From NCBI GenBank assembly GCA_036785375.1, contig JAWMAR010000307.1, positions 248,001-312,000 of the forward strand: a stretch of 64,000 bases of DNA. The letters are read 5' to 3'. Below are positions 49,901 through 63,115 of this stretch, one piece after another. Position 1 is the stretch's first letter. Every line of letters begins with the position of its first letter. The stretch comes from Leucoraja ocellata (Eukaryota). The position numbers and the translations under genes are program-made. The notes under the pieces are model-generated. The model saw nothing but the letters and a program-made list of their open reading frames with translations, had not been told where the DNA came from and ran no database searches.

Positions 49901-51519
49901 GTTACAATTTACTGTATATGACACCATTTCCTGGCTAACGTGGGTTCCCTTCAGTTCCTCCCTCCCACTAAATCCTCGGTCCCCTAGTATTTCTGGGAGA
50001 TTGTTTGTGTCTTCCTTAGTAAATACTGAACCAAAGTACTTGTTTGTTCTGCCATTTCCTTGCTTTCCATTAGAAATTCACCTGTCTGATTGTAAGTGAC
50101 CTACATTTTCGTCACTGATCTTTTCCTTTATACATATCTAAAGAAGCTATTGCAGTCAGTTTTGATATTCCACGCCAGCGTTCTTTCATGCTCTCCTTTC
50201 CCGCCTTAATTAACCCTTTTTTTGTCCCCTGTTCTAAATTTCTCCCAGTCCTCTGGCCAATTTATATAACCTCTTCCTTGGATTTAACACTATCCTTGAT
50301 TTCCCTCGTTAGTCACGTTGAGCCGCCTTCCCCATATTATTTCTTTCTCTAGCCGGGGATGAACACATTTTGGAGTTCATCCATGCAGTCTTTAAATATT
50401 TGGAATTGCATCTCCACCATGAACACTTTAAGTATAATTTGCCCGTCTATCCCAGCCAATCCCGACTCATACCCTCAATGTCTCTTCTTAGTTACTTAAT
50501 AACATTTGGCTTGGCGCTGTATTTAAAAGATGCTTCAATCCCTTTTGTTATTACATATGGTCTTGGAAACAACACATCATTCCTCCACAGTGAACATATT
50601 ATAATCAGTTTCCATTTAAACCAGAAGGCATTTCCCTCACATTTGATCCTCGCTTACCAACTTAAATCCATTTTAATTCACGTGAAGCCGCCACCATTCA
50701 ATGATCATCAATTATACAGTAAATTGCTAGATTCTGAAGAACATGGATGTGCTGAGGGATCTTGGAATCCAAGTTCATAGCTCGCTGCAGTTGACAGCAC
50801 ATGTAGATGGTAAAGCGGATGTATGGTATACTTGCGTTCATTGCTAGGGGTGTTGAGCATAAGGGTCAGGAACATGATGCAGTTCTATATGAGTTTGATG
50901 AGGCAGCAATTGGAGTATTGAGTACAGATCCGATCGCCGCATTAAAGGGAAGAAATTGAGGTTTTGGAGAGGGTACAAAACAGGTTAACCAGAATGCTGC
51001 CTGGATCAGCCACAGGGAGAGATTGGATATCCATGGATTGTTTCCCCTGGAATGTCGGAGGTTCGTGGGAGACTTGATAGAAGTATATACAATGATGAGA
51101 GTCATTGATAGGGTAGACAGTCAGTGTCATTTTCCAGGATGGAAATGTCCAACATGAGAAGACATACTATAAGGTGTCGGGGGAACGTTGAATGCAGACA
51201 GGCGAGGCAACTATTTTACACGGAGTGTGGTACGGACCTGGAGCACATGATGGTCGTGTGGGTGGATATGATAGCGGTGTTTAGGAGGCTCATTGTAGAT
51301 ACAGGGAAATGCAGGGAGTACAAGGATATGGATCAGGACAGGCAGATCAGTTTAATTGGGCTTAATGTTCGCCACAAACATTGCCTTCCTAAGGTCCCGT
51401 TACAGCCAATATTCAATAAATCTCTACACCTGTGTATATATTTTTAGTCTGTTTTCTGTATTCACCACAATCAGAGGCAACATGCATTTTACCCGTTGTT
51501 GTTTATTTAATCTCACAAT

Positions 51520-52180
51520 ATCATAATCAGAATTATACTTTATTAGCCAAGTATGTTTTGCAACATACGAGGAATTTGATTTGCCATCCAGTCATATCAA
51601 TAAAAATCAACAGAACACACAAAATACATTTTAACATGAACATCCACCACAGTGACTCCTCCACAATCTCTTCCCTTCTTTGTTCTCCCGCGGTCGGGGG
51701 CCTCGAGCTTCCGTTGATTTTGACTCCTGTAGCCGGCGGCGGTCCCTCCGCGTGAGGGCGATCAAGCTCCTGCATCGGGGGGGATCTCAGCTCCCCACGC
51801 CGGGCGATCTGACCCCCGGGTCGAGGCTGGTCAAATCTTCTGTGTCGTTGGAGCTTCCCGACGTCGGTCTCTCCCGAGACTGTGAGGTCTTTGATGTTGA
51901 AGTCCACAAGTCACGATTGGAGCGTCGATCCCAGGCAAGGAATCGGCTTCGATGTAAGTCCACGCCCCGCGGTGTGGCTCAAAGTCAGTCCTGAGCAAGG
52001 CCGCCAGCTCCATGATGTTAGGCCGCAGAGCGACCGGAGATACAATCCGGAAAACAATCGCATCTCCAGCAAGGTAAGAGATTGAACAAAACTTTCCCCC
52101 GATCCCCTCCCTCACCCCCCACATAAAACAAACCAGACAACATTAGCACAAATTTCAAAACACATTAAAAATAATATAAA
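51520..52180 (-). mobile_element. GC-rich non-autonomous retroposon with a Rex1-type tail (second copy at 60205-60850)
   Basis: 3' stem-loop GTATGTT-GCAA-AACATAC followed by GCTAATAAA. GC-rich body with no TE protein motifs. Confidence 0.7.
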
Positions 52181-52630
52181 CGACGGTATATTCTCCAACT
52201 TCTTGTATTATCTAAGCTTGTCTTTGCCCCGCATAAACCATGTTAGACCCAGCCTCCATATTCATTAAACTCACTGGACATAAAAAGGAAATAATGATCA
52301 TGGGGAACAAGGACCGCTCTTTTCACAGTGCATTGTGTTTTCTTTTCTCATATTTAGTTTTGTTTAGTTTGGAGACACAGCACGGAAACAAGCCCTTCGG
52401 ATCTCCGCGCCCACGCCGACCAGTGGTGCCCATACACTAGCACTATCCAACACACTAGGGACAATCTACATTCATTTCCACAGGCAATCAACCAACAAAC
52501 CTATACGTCCTTGGAGTGTGGGAGGAAACCGGAGCACCCGGTGAAAACGCACGCGGTCACATGGAGAAGGGACATACACCGTACAGACAGCCTCCAGTCA
52601 GGATCAAAACGTTGTTTCTGGTGCTGTTAA

Positions 52631-53886
52631 GGGCCTGTCCCATGAGCATGCGACTGCATGCGGCAAGCGCGACCTAACATAATAATAATAATAATAATAA
52701 TGTTTATTTATATAGCACTTTTCAACAAAACCAGTATTTGAACCAAAGTGCTTTACAGAGATTGATTAAATTAATTGAACAGATCAATGCAATAAATCCA
52801 TACAAATCAAAAAAGAGAAAAAAAAAGAGAAAAAGAAAAAAGACACAGAAACAGTACACTATAGAAATCAACATGAAACGTCCCCCCACAGCAGAATTCA
52901 CTGTGAGGGAAGGCACCAAAAATATCCAGTTCTCCCCCTCATAGTCCACCCGAGGTCGGGGCCTATATCTGGCCTCCACAGCCAACCCGGTGTTCTCAGG
53001 CCCTCCTGCCGCGAAGCTGGATCATCGGCATCGGTGAACATCCATCAGCGGCTTGGACTGAAGCGGCCGCTTCCCCCCCAAAGACTTCCCCCCCAAAGCC
53101 GGCCGAACCTCCGACTCTGGCGATCTCGGATCCCAGGCTCCGCGGTGCTGTCGACGGTCACAGTGCCCCGGAGCTTACCGCAAGGCGACCCGGTAAGGCA
53201 TCGCCCGCTCCATGTAGGTGTCCCAGCATCTACACCGCCGTCGAAGCTGCAGTCCCGGCAGGAAACGCCGCTACAGCGCTGCTCCAGTTCGACTGTAGGC
53301 CGCACAGAGAGGACGAAGATGCGGTTCGGAGAAAAACCGCATCTCCGACCAGGTAGGACTGGGGTTAAAATAGTTTCCCCCATCCCCTCCCCCACCCACC
53401 ACATAAAAGAAGACCTCCAAGAAACACCTTATACGAACAGGACTAAAAATAAAAATAAAAAAGGGTGAAAGGACGGACTGCAGGAGGAGCAGCCATACAC
53501 AACGGCGCATCACCCCCGCAGTCCGCCATCTTACCATCAACATGGTCGCTTGAGCCATATGGCCTCGCGGGGCCGGTCCCACTTTGATCACTGGAGCCGT
53601 ATTGAGTTGTGCGGAGCTGGTCCCGACATCGCGCGAAGCTCCGGAAAATTGACATTATCCAAAATTCCGTGCACCGCCTCGACGGACGTGTGCAGCGTCT
53701 CGATGCCATACGCAGCGTTTTGTTGGCGTACGTAGCATCTTGACGGCGTACGACTAGCGCGAACTTCCCGCGTACTTCGCTCAAACTTCATGTCAACCCG
53801 TACGGGACACTCGACCTCTGCGCGGCCCCCGCTTCCGGATTGGTCACGCTTGCCGCATGCTGTCGCATGCTCGTGGGACAGGCCCT
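52631..53886. mobile_element. Harbinger-like MITE inserted in a SINE, containing a nested retroposon
   Basis: About 45-bp TIR GGGCCTGTCCCATGAGCATGCGAC... / ...GTCGCATGCTCGTGGGACAGGCCC with TTA/TAA flanks. The empty site is at about 61300 in copy B. Confidence 0.85.
52679..53535 (-). mobile_element. GC-rich non-autonomous retroposon with an L2-type tail
   Basis: 5' AAGATGGCG motif and 3' GTAAAGCACTTTGG..AAGTGCTATATAAATAAA(TTA)n. Confidence 0.75.
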
Positions 53887-55642
53887 TAAGGCAGCAGCTC
53901 TACCACTGTGCCAGCCTGTCACCCCATATGCCACTGTGCCGCCCCTATATCTACTATAATAGACAACGTCATTGTTTATGGGCTGTATTTATTTATATGA
54001 TATTTTGAATCACTAAACAAAAAAATAATATAACTATAGTACCATGTTCTGAAGCACAATTCTATGTCACGTTAGGCCTTACGTCTCCATACTTTATATT
54101 GAAACACACACACATCTGTCGAGCCCAACGTCTGTATTTGCTTAAATCACAATCTGCCTCAACCTTCTGTAGCACTCCACAATAGTCTTGCAAAGACACT
54201 ATATAGACCATAGAAATGTACAGTAGTTACATGCCTTTCAATTCACAATCTCTCTACTATATATAATGCCAAGATAAACCAATCTCACCTACGTGCAAAT
54301 GATTCACATCCCGCCACTCTCTGCATATCCATATGCCTAAATACTTCTGGTGCATTACACAATGTGTTTCAAGCACCTATCCACTTCTTATGCTGCACTA
54401 TGTCAACAATAATTACACCCCAAAATGCCACCGGCTCTAAAGCACGAGGACACATCTATATTTATTTCAGACTTCACCAAAAACTGAATTAGTCCTACAG
54501 AGACTGTAGCAGTCCAGAATAAAGTTATCCGTGTTGGCAAGTTGGGTTAAGGTCACTTTTTGTGCAACAAATATACAAAAAATACAGCAATTATTTGAAA
54601 ATTCTGAATAAACATTATCAACTGATCTCATCACTTTGGTGTTTAAGAAAAGACTGCAGATGCGGGAGAATCGAAGGTAGACAAAAGTGCTGGAGAATCT
54701 CAGTGGGTGCTGTAGCATCTATGGAGCGAAGGAAATAGGCAACGTTTCGGGTCGAAACCCTTTTTCAGACTGGTTAATCACTTTGGTTCTCTGTTAAAAG
54801 AAAGATGGAAACCTGCAATGATGGAAATACTGCATCTTGCATCTATTTTAACATTACCGTAAATTATCTAAGTTTATAGATGCAGAAAATCTCAAAGCAC
54901 TTGACTTTGTGGCCATGTTAGCAGATGATATGAACATAGGTAGAAGGACAGGTAGTGTAGAGGAAGCAGGGAGCCTGCAGATGAACTGGATAGGTTGGTA
55001 GAATTATCCAACAAGGATATGGAAAATGTTGAGCCGAGTTTGGGCCCATACAGTATCTGAGGAGGGATAAGCTGGACTTGGAGAGGGATCCGATGAGGCC
55101 TAGAATAATGATCCCGGGGACGATTGGGGTAACCTTTGATGAGCGTTTGACAGCGCTAGACCTATGCACGCTGGACTTTAAAAGGATGTGGTGAGACCTT
55201 ATTGCGACTGATTGAAGATTGAAAGGCCCGAGGAGGGTTGATGTAGAGAGGATGTTTCCACTCATTGGAAAGTCTAGGACAAGAGAGCACAGCCTCAGTG
55301 TAAAGGTACATAGACTTAGAAAGGAAATTAAGAATTTATTTAATCAGCGGTGAATCTGTGGAATTCATTGCCATAGGCAGCCGTGGAGGCCAAGTTAAAT
55401 GGCTATGTTTTAAAGCGGAGATTGGCAGATTTGTGTTTAGTTAGGGAGTCAAGGGCTTTGGCGGAAAGGCAGCAGAATAGGTACGAGAGAGAAAGATAAG
55501 TCAGCGGCGATTGAATGGCAGAGTAGACTCGACGGGCCGAATGATACAATTATGCTGCTATGATTCATGAATATCTGAACTTATGAAAGTACGCTGAATC
55601 ACCAGAGAAAATGTAGTAAAATAATGCGCTAGACATTGACAA

Positions 55643-55800
55643 GCCACGCCACCCCCGTTGGGCCCACGCCACCCTTGCTGGGCCCACGCCACCCTTGCTG
55701 GGCCCACGCCACCCTTGCTGGGCCCACGCCACCCTTGCTGGGCCCACGCCACCCTTGCTGGGCCCACGTCACCCTTGCTGGGCCCACGCCACCCCTGCTG
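55643..55800 (+). repeat. 20-bp GC-rich minisatellite, about 8 copies
   Basis: Unit GGCCCACGCCACCCTTGCTG. Confidence 0.95.
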
Positions 55801-55829
55801 ACCCCGAGAAGAAGAAAGCCCCCCCGCTC

Positions 55830-56750
55830 TTTGGACAATCGTCAGCTGACGAACGACCTGAATGAGTTTTATTGCAAGTTTGAAAGTCAGAAACGTAACC
55901 CTGGTACCCCCTGTCCAACAACACAGCCAGACCCCAGTCTGTAAAGAATGGACCCTGCTCCCTCTCCTTCCCATTCACCACTTCACACCTACTTAAGGCA
56001 AGACTCCAGTATGAAAAGTGTGGACTCTTTCCCACCCCACCCAACATCTCACACACACTCACAGCCTGATCTCAGTCTGCAAAGACTGGGCCCTTCTACA
56101 CCCACCCCATTCCAATCACCACTTCACACCCAATTACTCATTTTTAACCAGTCCCTGCAAAGATGTACTGTCCCTGCTTGCTTCAAAGTCTCCACTATTG
56201 TCCCTGTACCCAAAAAAGTAAGGATTACTGGTCTTAATGACTACAGGCTTGTCGCACTGACCTCTGTAGTCATGAAGACCGTTGAAAGGCTTGTGTTGGC
56301 CAAGCTGAAAAATAGCACAATCCCTCTGCTGGAAACTCTGCATTTTGCATATTGTGCCAATAGATCTGTGGATGATGCAGTCAATCTGGGCCTGCACTTC
56401 ATCCTCCAGCACCTAGACCGCCAGGGGACCTATGCGAGGATTTTGTATTTTGATTTTAGCTCTGCATTCAACACCATTGTGTTAGAGCTACTACGCTCCA
56501 AACTTTCTGAGTTGACTGTGCCTGAACCCCTCTGTCGGTGGATCACCAGCTTTCTGACAGACAGGAAGCAGCATGCGAGGCGGGAAAGCATATCACCCAC
56601 AAACGCTCAGCATAGGAGCACCGCAAGATGCGTACTCTCCCCTCTCCTCTACTCTCGCCACACCAACGACTGCACCTCCACAGACACCTCTGTCAAGCTT
56701 CTCAAGTTTGTGGATGACACAACCCTGATTGGACTGATCCAGGATGGGGA
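55830..56750 (+). mobile_element. Rex1/Babar-like LINE fragment
   Basis: [34 protein letters not shown] and [12 protein letters not shown] motifs. Confidence 0.88.
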
Positions 56751-58840
56751 TCTCTGTACTCTTTTCAGTTTGATATCTTTCCTATAACATGGTGCCCAGA
56801 ACTGAACACAATATTCTAAATGCGGTCTCACCAACGTCTTATACAGCTGCTACATGACCTCTCAACTTCTATAGTCAATACTCTGACTGATGAAGGCCAA
56901 AGTGCCAAAATACTTTTTAACCACCTGATATACCTGCGACACGACCTTCAAGGAACCATGCAACCATCAACCATTCCTCTGCCCACCTGGCTAATTGATC
57001 CAGATCCTGCTGCAATCTTTCACAACCATCTTCACTATCTGCAAAACCACTCACTTCTGTATCATCAGCAAACTTACTAATCTTGCCCTGTTCCGTGACG
57101 TTTCACAGAGTGCTGGAGTAACTCAGTGGGTCACGCTGAGTATAGAAGTTGGGAGGTCATGTTGCAGTTGCATAAGAAGTTGGTGAGGCCGCATTCAGAG
57201 TATTGTATTCAGTTCTGGGCACCATGTTATAGGAAACATGTCATCAAACTGGAAAGGGTACAGTGAAGATTTACGAGGATGTTGCCAGGACGAGAGGGCC
57301 AAAGCTATAGGGAGAGGTTGAGTAGGCTGGGGCTCTATTTCATGGAGCACAGGAGGATGAGGGATGATCAAATAGAGGTGTATAAAATCATGATTTGAAT
57401 AGATATGGTTGAGTCTTTTGCCCAGAGTAGGTGAATCGAGGAGCAGAGGACATAAGTTTAAGGTGAAGGGCAAAAGATTTAATAGGAATCTGTGGGGTAT
57501 GTTTTTCACACAAAGGGTGGTAGGTGTATGGAACAAGCTGCCAGAGGAGGTAGTGGAGGCAGGGATTATCGCAATATTTAAGAAACAGTTAGACAGGTAC
57601 ATGGATAGGACAGGTTTGGAGGGATATGGATCAAACGTCGGCAGAAGGGACTAGTGCAGATGGGACATGCTGGGCCGAAGGGGCCTGTTTCCACACTGTA
57701 TCACTCTATGACTCTATCTATCTTTCCCTCTCAAACCCATTCTCCTGCCTTCTCCCCATTACCTCCGACAGCCATATCCATCAAGAATCTATCAATCTCC
57801 TCCTGAAAAATGTCCATTGACTTGACCTCCACTGCTGTCTGTGGCAATTAATTCGACAGTTCCCCACCCTCTAACTTAAGACATTCCTGCTCATCTACTT
57901 CCTAAAGTAAAGTGTTTTAATCCTGAGGCTGTGGCCACTGGTCCTAGACTCTCCCACTAGTGGAAACATCCTCTCCACATCAACTCCATCCAGGTTTTTG
58001 CCCAGCTGGGACAGACGGCAACAGCTTCACACCGTGTCCCAAAGCTTGTGTCTTGTCCTGCATCACCCAAGGCAGCAGAGACGTTATAGGAGAGGGCAAG
58101 CACCGTAACAAAGTAGCTCACGATAGTTTGGGTAACATTCAGGAATGTCTATGCATGTCACATCATGAATATTACTGAAGAACGGTCTTGACCCGAAATA
58201 TAATCCATACCTTTTCTCCAGAGATGCTGCCTGACTCACTGAGTTACTCTAGCACTCTGTGACATGTCACCTATCCATGTTCTCCACAGATGCTGCCTGA
58301 CTCCAGCACTCTGTGACTTGTCACCTATCCATGTTCTCCAGAGATGCTGCCAGACCCGCTGAGTTACTCCAGCACTCTGTGAAACGTCACCTATTCATAT
58401 TCTCTGCAGATGCTGCCTGACCCACTGAGTTACTCCAGCACACTGTGACTATTTTCCCTTCACCCATCTGCCCAAACCCACTCTCCCCCCTCCTTTCCTA
58501 TGTTCCTTTCCACCCATAAACCTCTCTGCCTTTACATTTCACTCCTCTTTCAAATCTGCTCTACCTATCTACATTTTTCTTCCTTACTTTTTAGTCATAG
58601 AATGATGCAGTGTGGAAACAGGCCCTTCAGCCCAACTTGCCCACACCGACCAACGTCCCATCTAAACTAGTCCCAATCACACGCGTTTGGCTCATATCCA
58701 TCTAAATCTGTCCTATCCATGTACATGTTCAAATGTCTCTTAAACATTAGGATAGTCCCAGCCTTAACTACCTCCTCTGGCAGCTCGTTACATACACTCA
58801 GCACCCTTCATGTGAAAAAGCTACCTCTCTGATTCCTGTT
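56750..58840. mobile_element. Mixed CR1 fragments on both strands and Penelope terminal-repeat pieces
   Basis: [12 protein letters not shown] and RGHKFKV..FFTQRVVGVWNKLP motifs. Tandem ~60-bp AGATGCTGCCTGACCC..GAGTTACTCCAGCAC units at 58205-58450. Confidence 0.8.
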
Positions 58841-59019
58841 CATTTCTGAAATATTGGTCATAAATTTGGTGCAAAATAAAGCTCCAAAATAAGGCTCAGA
58901 ATGCATCAGAGAGCATCTAAAACCCCTGAGCTTCCAGGGCCCGGCTTATTTCACATTAAGTTTTTGTAATCCTGTCATGCCACCCCCCTTTTTTGAAAAG
59001 CTTCGTACGGGCCTGGAAT

Positions 59020-59746
59020 GGGTGACGTTTCGGGCTTCTTCAGACTGATGTCAGGGGAGTGGGCGGTACAGAGTTAAAATGTAGTTGGAGCCAGCAAGAC
59101 CGGTGGGAGAACTGGGAAGGGGAAGGGAATGGCCAGAGAGGAAAAGCAAAAGCTGCTTGATGTTAGAGAAGTCAATGTTCATACCGCTGGGGTGTAAGCT
59201 GTCCAAGCAACATATGAAGTACTGTTCCTCCAATTTGCACTGACAATGGAGGAGGCCCAGGACAAAAAGGTCAGTGTGGGAATGGGAGAGTGAGTTAAAG
59301 TGTTGAGCATCCGGGAGATCAAGTAAGTTTAGGCGGACTGAGCGTAGGTGTTCTTCAAAATGATCGCCGAACCTACGCTTGGTCTCGCCGATATACAAGA
59401 ATCCACCCCTGGAACAGCGGATACAGTAGATGAGGTTGAAGGAGGTGAGTAAAACTCTGCCTCACCTGACAAAACTGCTGGGATCCTTGGATGGAGTTGA
59501 TGGGGAGGTATAGGGACAGGTGTTGCAGGGAAAAGTACCTGGATGGCTTGGGTGGGAAGGGAGGAGTTGGCCAAGGATTTGCGATGGGAGCTGTCTCTGT
59601 GGAGAGCAGAAAGGGGTGGAGATGGGAAGATGTGGCTAGTAGTGCGATCCTGTTGGAGGTGGCAAAAATGTTGGAGGATTATGTGCTATATGCGGCAGCT
59701 GATGGAGTGGAAGCCGAGGACAAGGGGGAATCTGTCCTTGTTACGA
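59020..59746 (-). mobile_element. Penelope-like GIY-YIG fragment with start of terminal repeat
   Basis: YIGETKRRFGDHFEEHLRSV motif, followed by AGTCTGAAGAAGCCCGAAACGTCAC. Confidence 0.85.
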
Positions 59747-62700
59747 ACTTGAGAGAAGTGTATACAATGATGAGAGTCATTGATAGGGTAGACAGTCAGT
59801 ATCATTTTCCAGGATGGAAATGTCCAACACCAGAAGACATGGTTATAAGGTGTGAGGGGGAACGTTGAATGCAGATGGGAATGGCAAGTATTTTACACGG
59901 AGTGTGGTACGGAGCAGGAACGCATGGTGCTGGTGTGGGTGGATATGATAGCGGTGTTTAAGAGGCTCATTGTAGATACAGGGAAATGCAGGGAGTACAA
60001 GGATATGGATCAGGACAGGCAGATCTGTTTAATTTGGCTTAATGTTCGCCACAAACATTGCCTTCCTAAGGTCCCGTTACAGCCAATATTCAATAAATCT
60101 CTGCACCTGTGTATATATTTATTAGTCTGTTTTCTGTATTGACCACAATCAGAGGCAACATGCATTTTACCCGTTTATATCATGTTGTTTATTTACTCAC
60201 AATATCATAATCATAATTATACTTTATTAGCCAAGTATGTTTTGCAACATACGAGGAATTTGATTTGCCATCCAGTCATACCAATAAAAAGCAACAGAAC
60301 ACACAAAATACATTTTAACATGAACATCCACCACAGTTACTCCTCCACAATCTCTTCCCTTCTTTGTTCTCCCACGGTCGGGGGCCTCGAGCTTCCGTTG
60401 ATTTTGACTTCCGTAGCTGGCGGCGGTCCCTCCGCGTGAGGGAGATCAAGCTCCTGCATCGGGGGGGATCTCAGCTCCCCGCGCCGGGCGATCTGACCCC
60501 CGGGTCGAGGCTGGTCAAATCTTCTGTGTCGTTGGAGCTTCCCGACGTCGGTCTCTCCCGAGACTGCGAGCTCTTTGATGTTAAAGTCCGTAGGCCGCGG
60601 TTGGAGCGTCGATCCCAGGCAAGGAATCAGCTTCGATGTAAGTCCACGCCCCGCGGTGGGGCTCAAAGTCAGTCCTGAGCAAGGCCGCCAGCTCCATGAT
60701 GTTAGGCCGCAGAGCGACTGGAGATACGATCCGGAAAACAATCGCATCTCCGGCAAGGAACAAAACTTTCCCCCGATCCCCTCCCTCACCCCCCACATAA
60801 AACAAACCAGAGAACATTAGCACAAATTTCAAAACACACTAAAAATAATATAAACGATGGTATATTGTCCAACTTCTTGTATTATCTAAGCTTGTCTTTG
60901 CCCCGCATAAACCATGTTAGACCCAGCCTCCATATTCATTAAACTCACTGGACATAAAAAGAAAATAATGATCATGGGGAACAAGGACCGCTCTTTTCAC
61001 AGTGTATTGTGTTTTCTTTTCTCATATTTAGTTTTGTTTAGTTTGGAGACACAGCGTGGAAACAAGCCCTTCGGACCTCCGCGCCCACTCCGACCAGTGG
61101 TGCCAATACACTAGCACTATCCAACACACTAGGGACAATCTACATTCGTTTCCAAAGGCAATTGACCAACAGACCTATACGTCTTTGGAGTGTGGGAGGA
61201 AACCGGAGCACCCGGAGAAAACACACGCGGTCACATGGAGAAGGGACATACACCGTATAGACAGCCTCCAGTCAGGATCAAATCTTGGTCTATGGTGCTG
61301 TAAGGCAGCAGCTCTACCACTGTGCCAGCCTGTCGCCCTATATGCCACTGTGCCGCCCCTATATCTACTATAATAGACAATGTCATTGTTTATGGGCTGT
61401 ATTTATTCATATGATATTTTGAATCTCTAAACTAAAATAATAAAATAACTATAGTACCATGTTCTGAAGCACAATTCTATGTCACATTAGGCCTTACGTC
61501 TCCATACTTTATACTGAAACACGCATCCATCTGTCAAGCCCAACGTCTGTATTTGCTTAAATCACAATCTGTCTCAACCTTCTGTACCTTACACTGAGTA
61601 CACTCCACAATAGTCTTGCAAATGCACTAAATAGACCATAGAAATATACAGTACAGTTACATGCCTTTCCACTCACAATCTCTCTACTATATATAATGCC
61701 AAGATAAACCAATCTCACCTACGTGCAAATGATTCACATCCCGCCACTCTCTGCATATCCATATGCCTGTCTAAATACTTCTGGTGCATTACACAATGTG
61801 TTTCAAGCACCTATCCACTTCATATGCTGCACTATGTCAACAATAATTACACCCCAATTACACCCCAAAATGCCACCGGCTCTAAAGCACGAGGACACAT
61901 CTATATTTATTTCAAACTTCACCAAAAACTGAATTAATCCTACAGAGACTGTAGCAGTCCAGAATAAAGTTATCCGTGTTGGCAAGTTGGGTTAAGGCCA
62001 CATATTTTCTCAGTTCCACTACCGGATCTGGGCTGCGCCACTTTTTGTGCAACAAATATACAAAAAATACAACAAGTATTTGAAAATTCTGAATAAACAT
62101 TATCAACTGATATCATCACTTTGGTGTTCAAGAAGAGACTGCAGATGCTGGAGAATCGAAGGTAGACAAAAGTGCTGGAGAAACTCAGCGGGTGAGGTAG
62201 CATCTATGGAGCGAAGGAAATAGGCAACGTTTCGGGCGGAAACCCTTCTTTAGACTAGTTAATCACTTTGGTTCTCTGTTAAAAGAAAGATGGAAACCTG
62301 CAATGATGGAAATACTGCATCTTGCATCTATTTTAACATCACCGTAAATTATCTAAGAAAATCTCAAAGCACTTGACTTTGTGGCCATGTTAGCAGATGA
62401 TATGAACATAGGTAGAGGGACAGGTAGTGTAGAGGAAGCAGGGAGCCTGCAGATGAACTGGACAGGTTGGTAGAATTGGCCAACAAGGATATGGAAAATG
62501 TTGAGCCGAGTTTGGGCCCATACAGTATCTGAGGAGGGATAAGCTGGACTTGGAGAGGGATCCGATGAGGCTTAGAATAATGATCCCGGGGATGATTGGG
62601 GTAACCTTTGATGAGCGTTTGACAGCGCTAGGCCGATGCACGCTGGACTTTAAAAGGATGTGGTGAGACCTTATTGCGACTGATTGAAGATTGAAAGGCC

Positions 62701-63115
62701 CGAGAAGGGTTGATGTGGAGAGGATGTTTCCACTCATTGGAAAGTCAAGGACAAGAGAGCACAGCCTCAGTGTAAAAGTACATAGACTTAGAAAGGAAAT
62801 GAGGAATTTGTTTAATCACCGGTGAATCTGTGGAATTCATTGCCATAGGCAGCCGTGGAGGCCAAGTTATATGGTTCTGTTTTAAAGTGGAGATTGGCAG
62901 ATTTGTGTTTAGTTAGGGAGTCAAGGGCTTTGGCGGAAAGGCAGCAGAATGGGTACGAGAGAGAAAGATAAGTCAGCGGTGATTGAATGGCAGAGTAGAC
63001 TCGACGGGCCGAATGATACAATTATGCTGCTATGATTCATGAATATCTGAACTTATGAAAGTACGCTGAATCACCAGAGAAAATGTAGTAAAATAATGCA
63101 CTAGATATCGACAAG
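59747..63115 (+). repeat. Segmental duplication copy B
   Basis: Near-identical ORF-track pairs: 52240/60914, 54918/62390 and 51680/60364. Confidence 0.93.

Larger units (their letters stand above)
45708..50520 (-). mobile_element. Decayed CR1 hosting nested insertions
   Basis: CR1 tail at 45708-45740. RT motifs (QYNVDTCEVI, FQKTFDKVP, KSAGPDGL) run to about 47430 and the element resumes at about 49900. Confidence 0.85.
51072..55643 (+). repeat. Segmental duplication copy A
   Basis: Colinear and highly similar to 59747-63115, with an extra insertion at 52631-53886. Confidence 0.93.
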
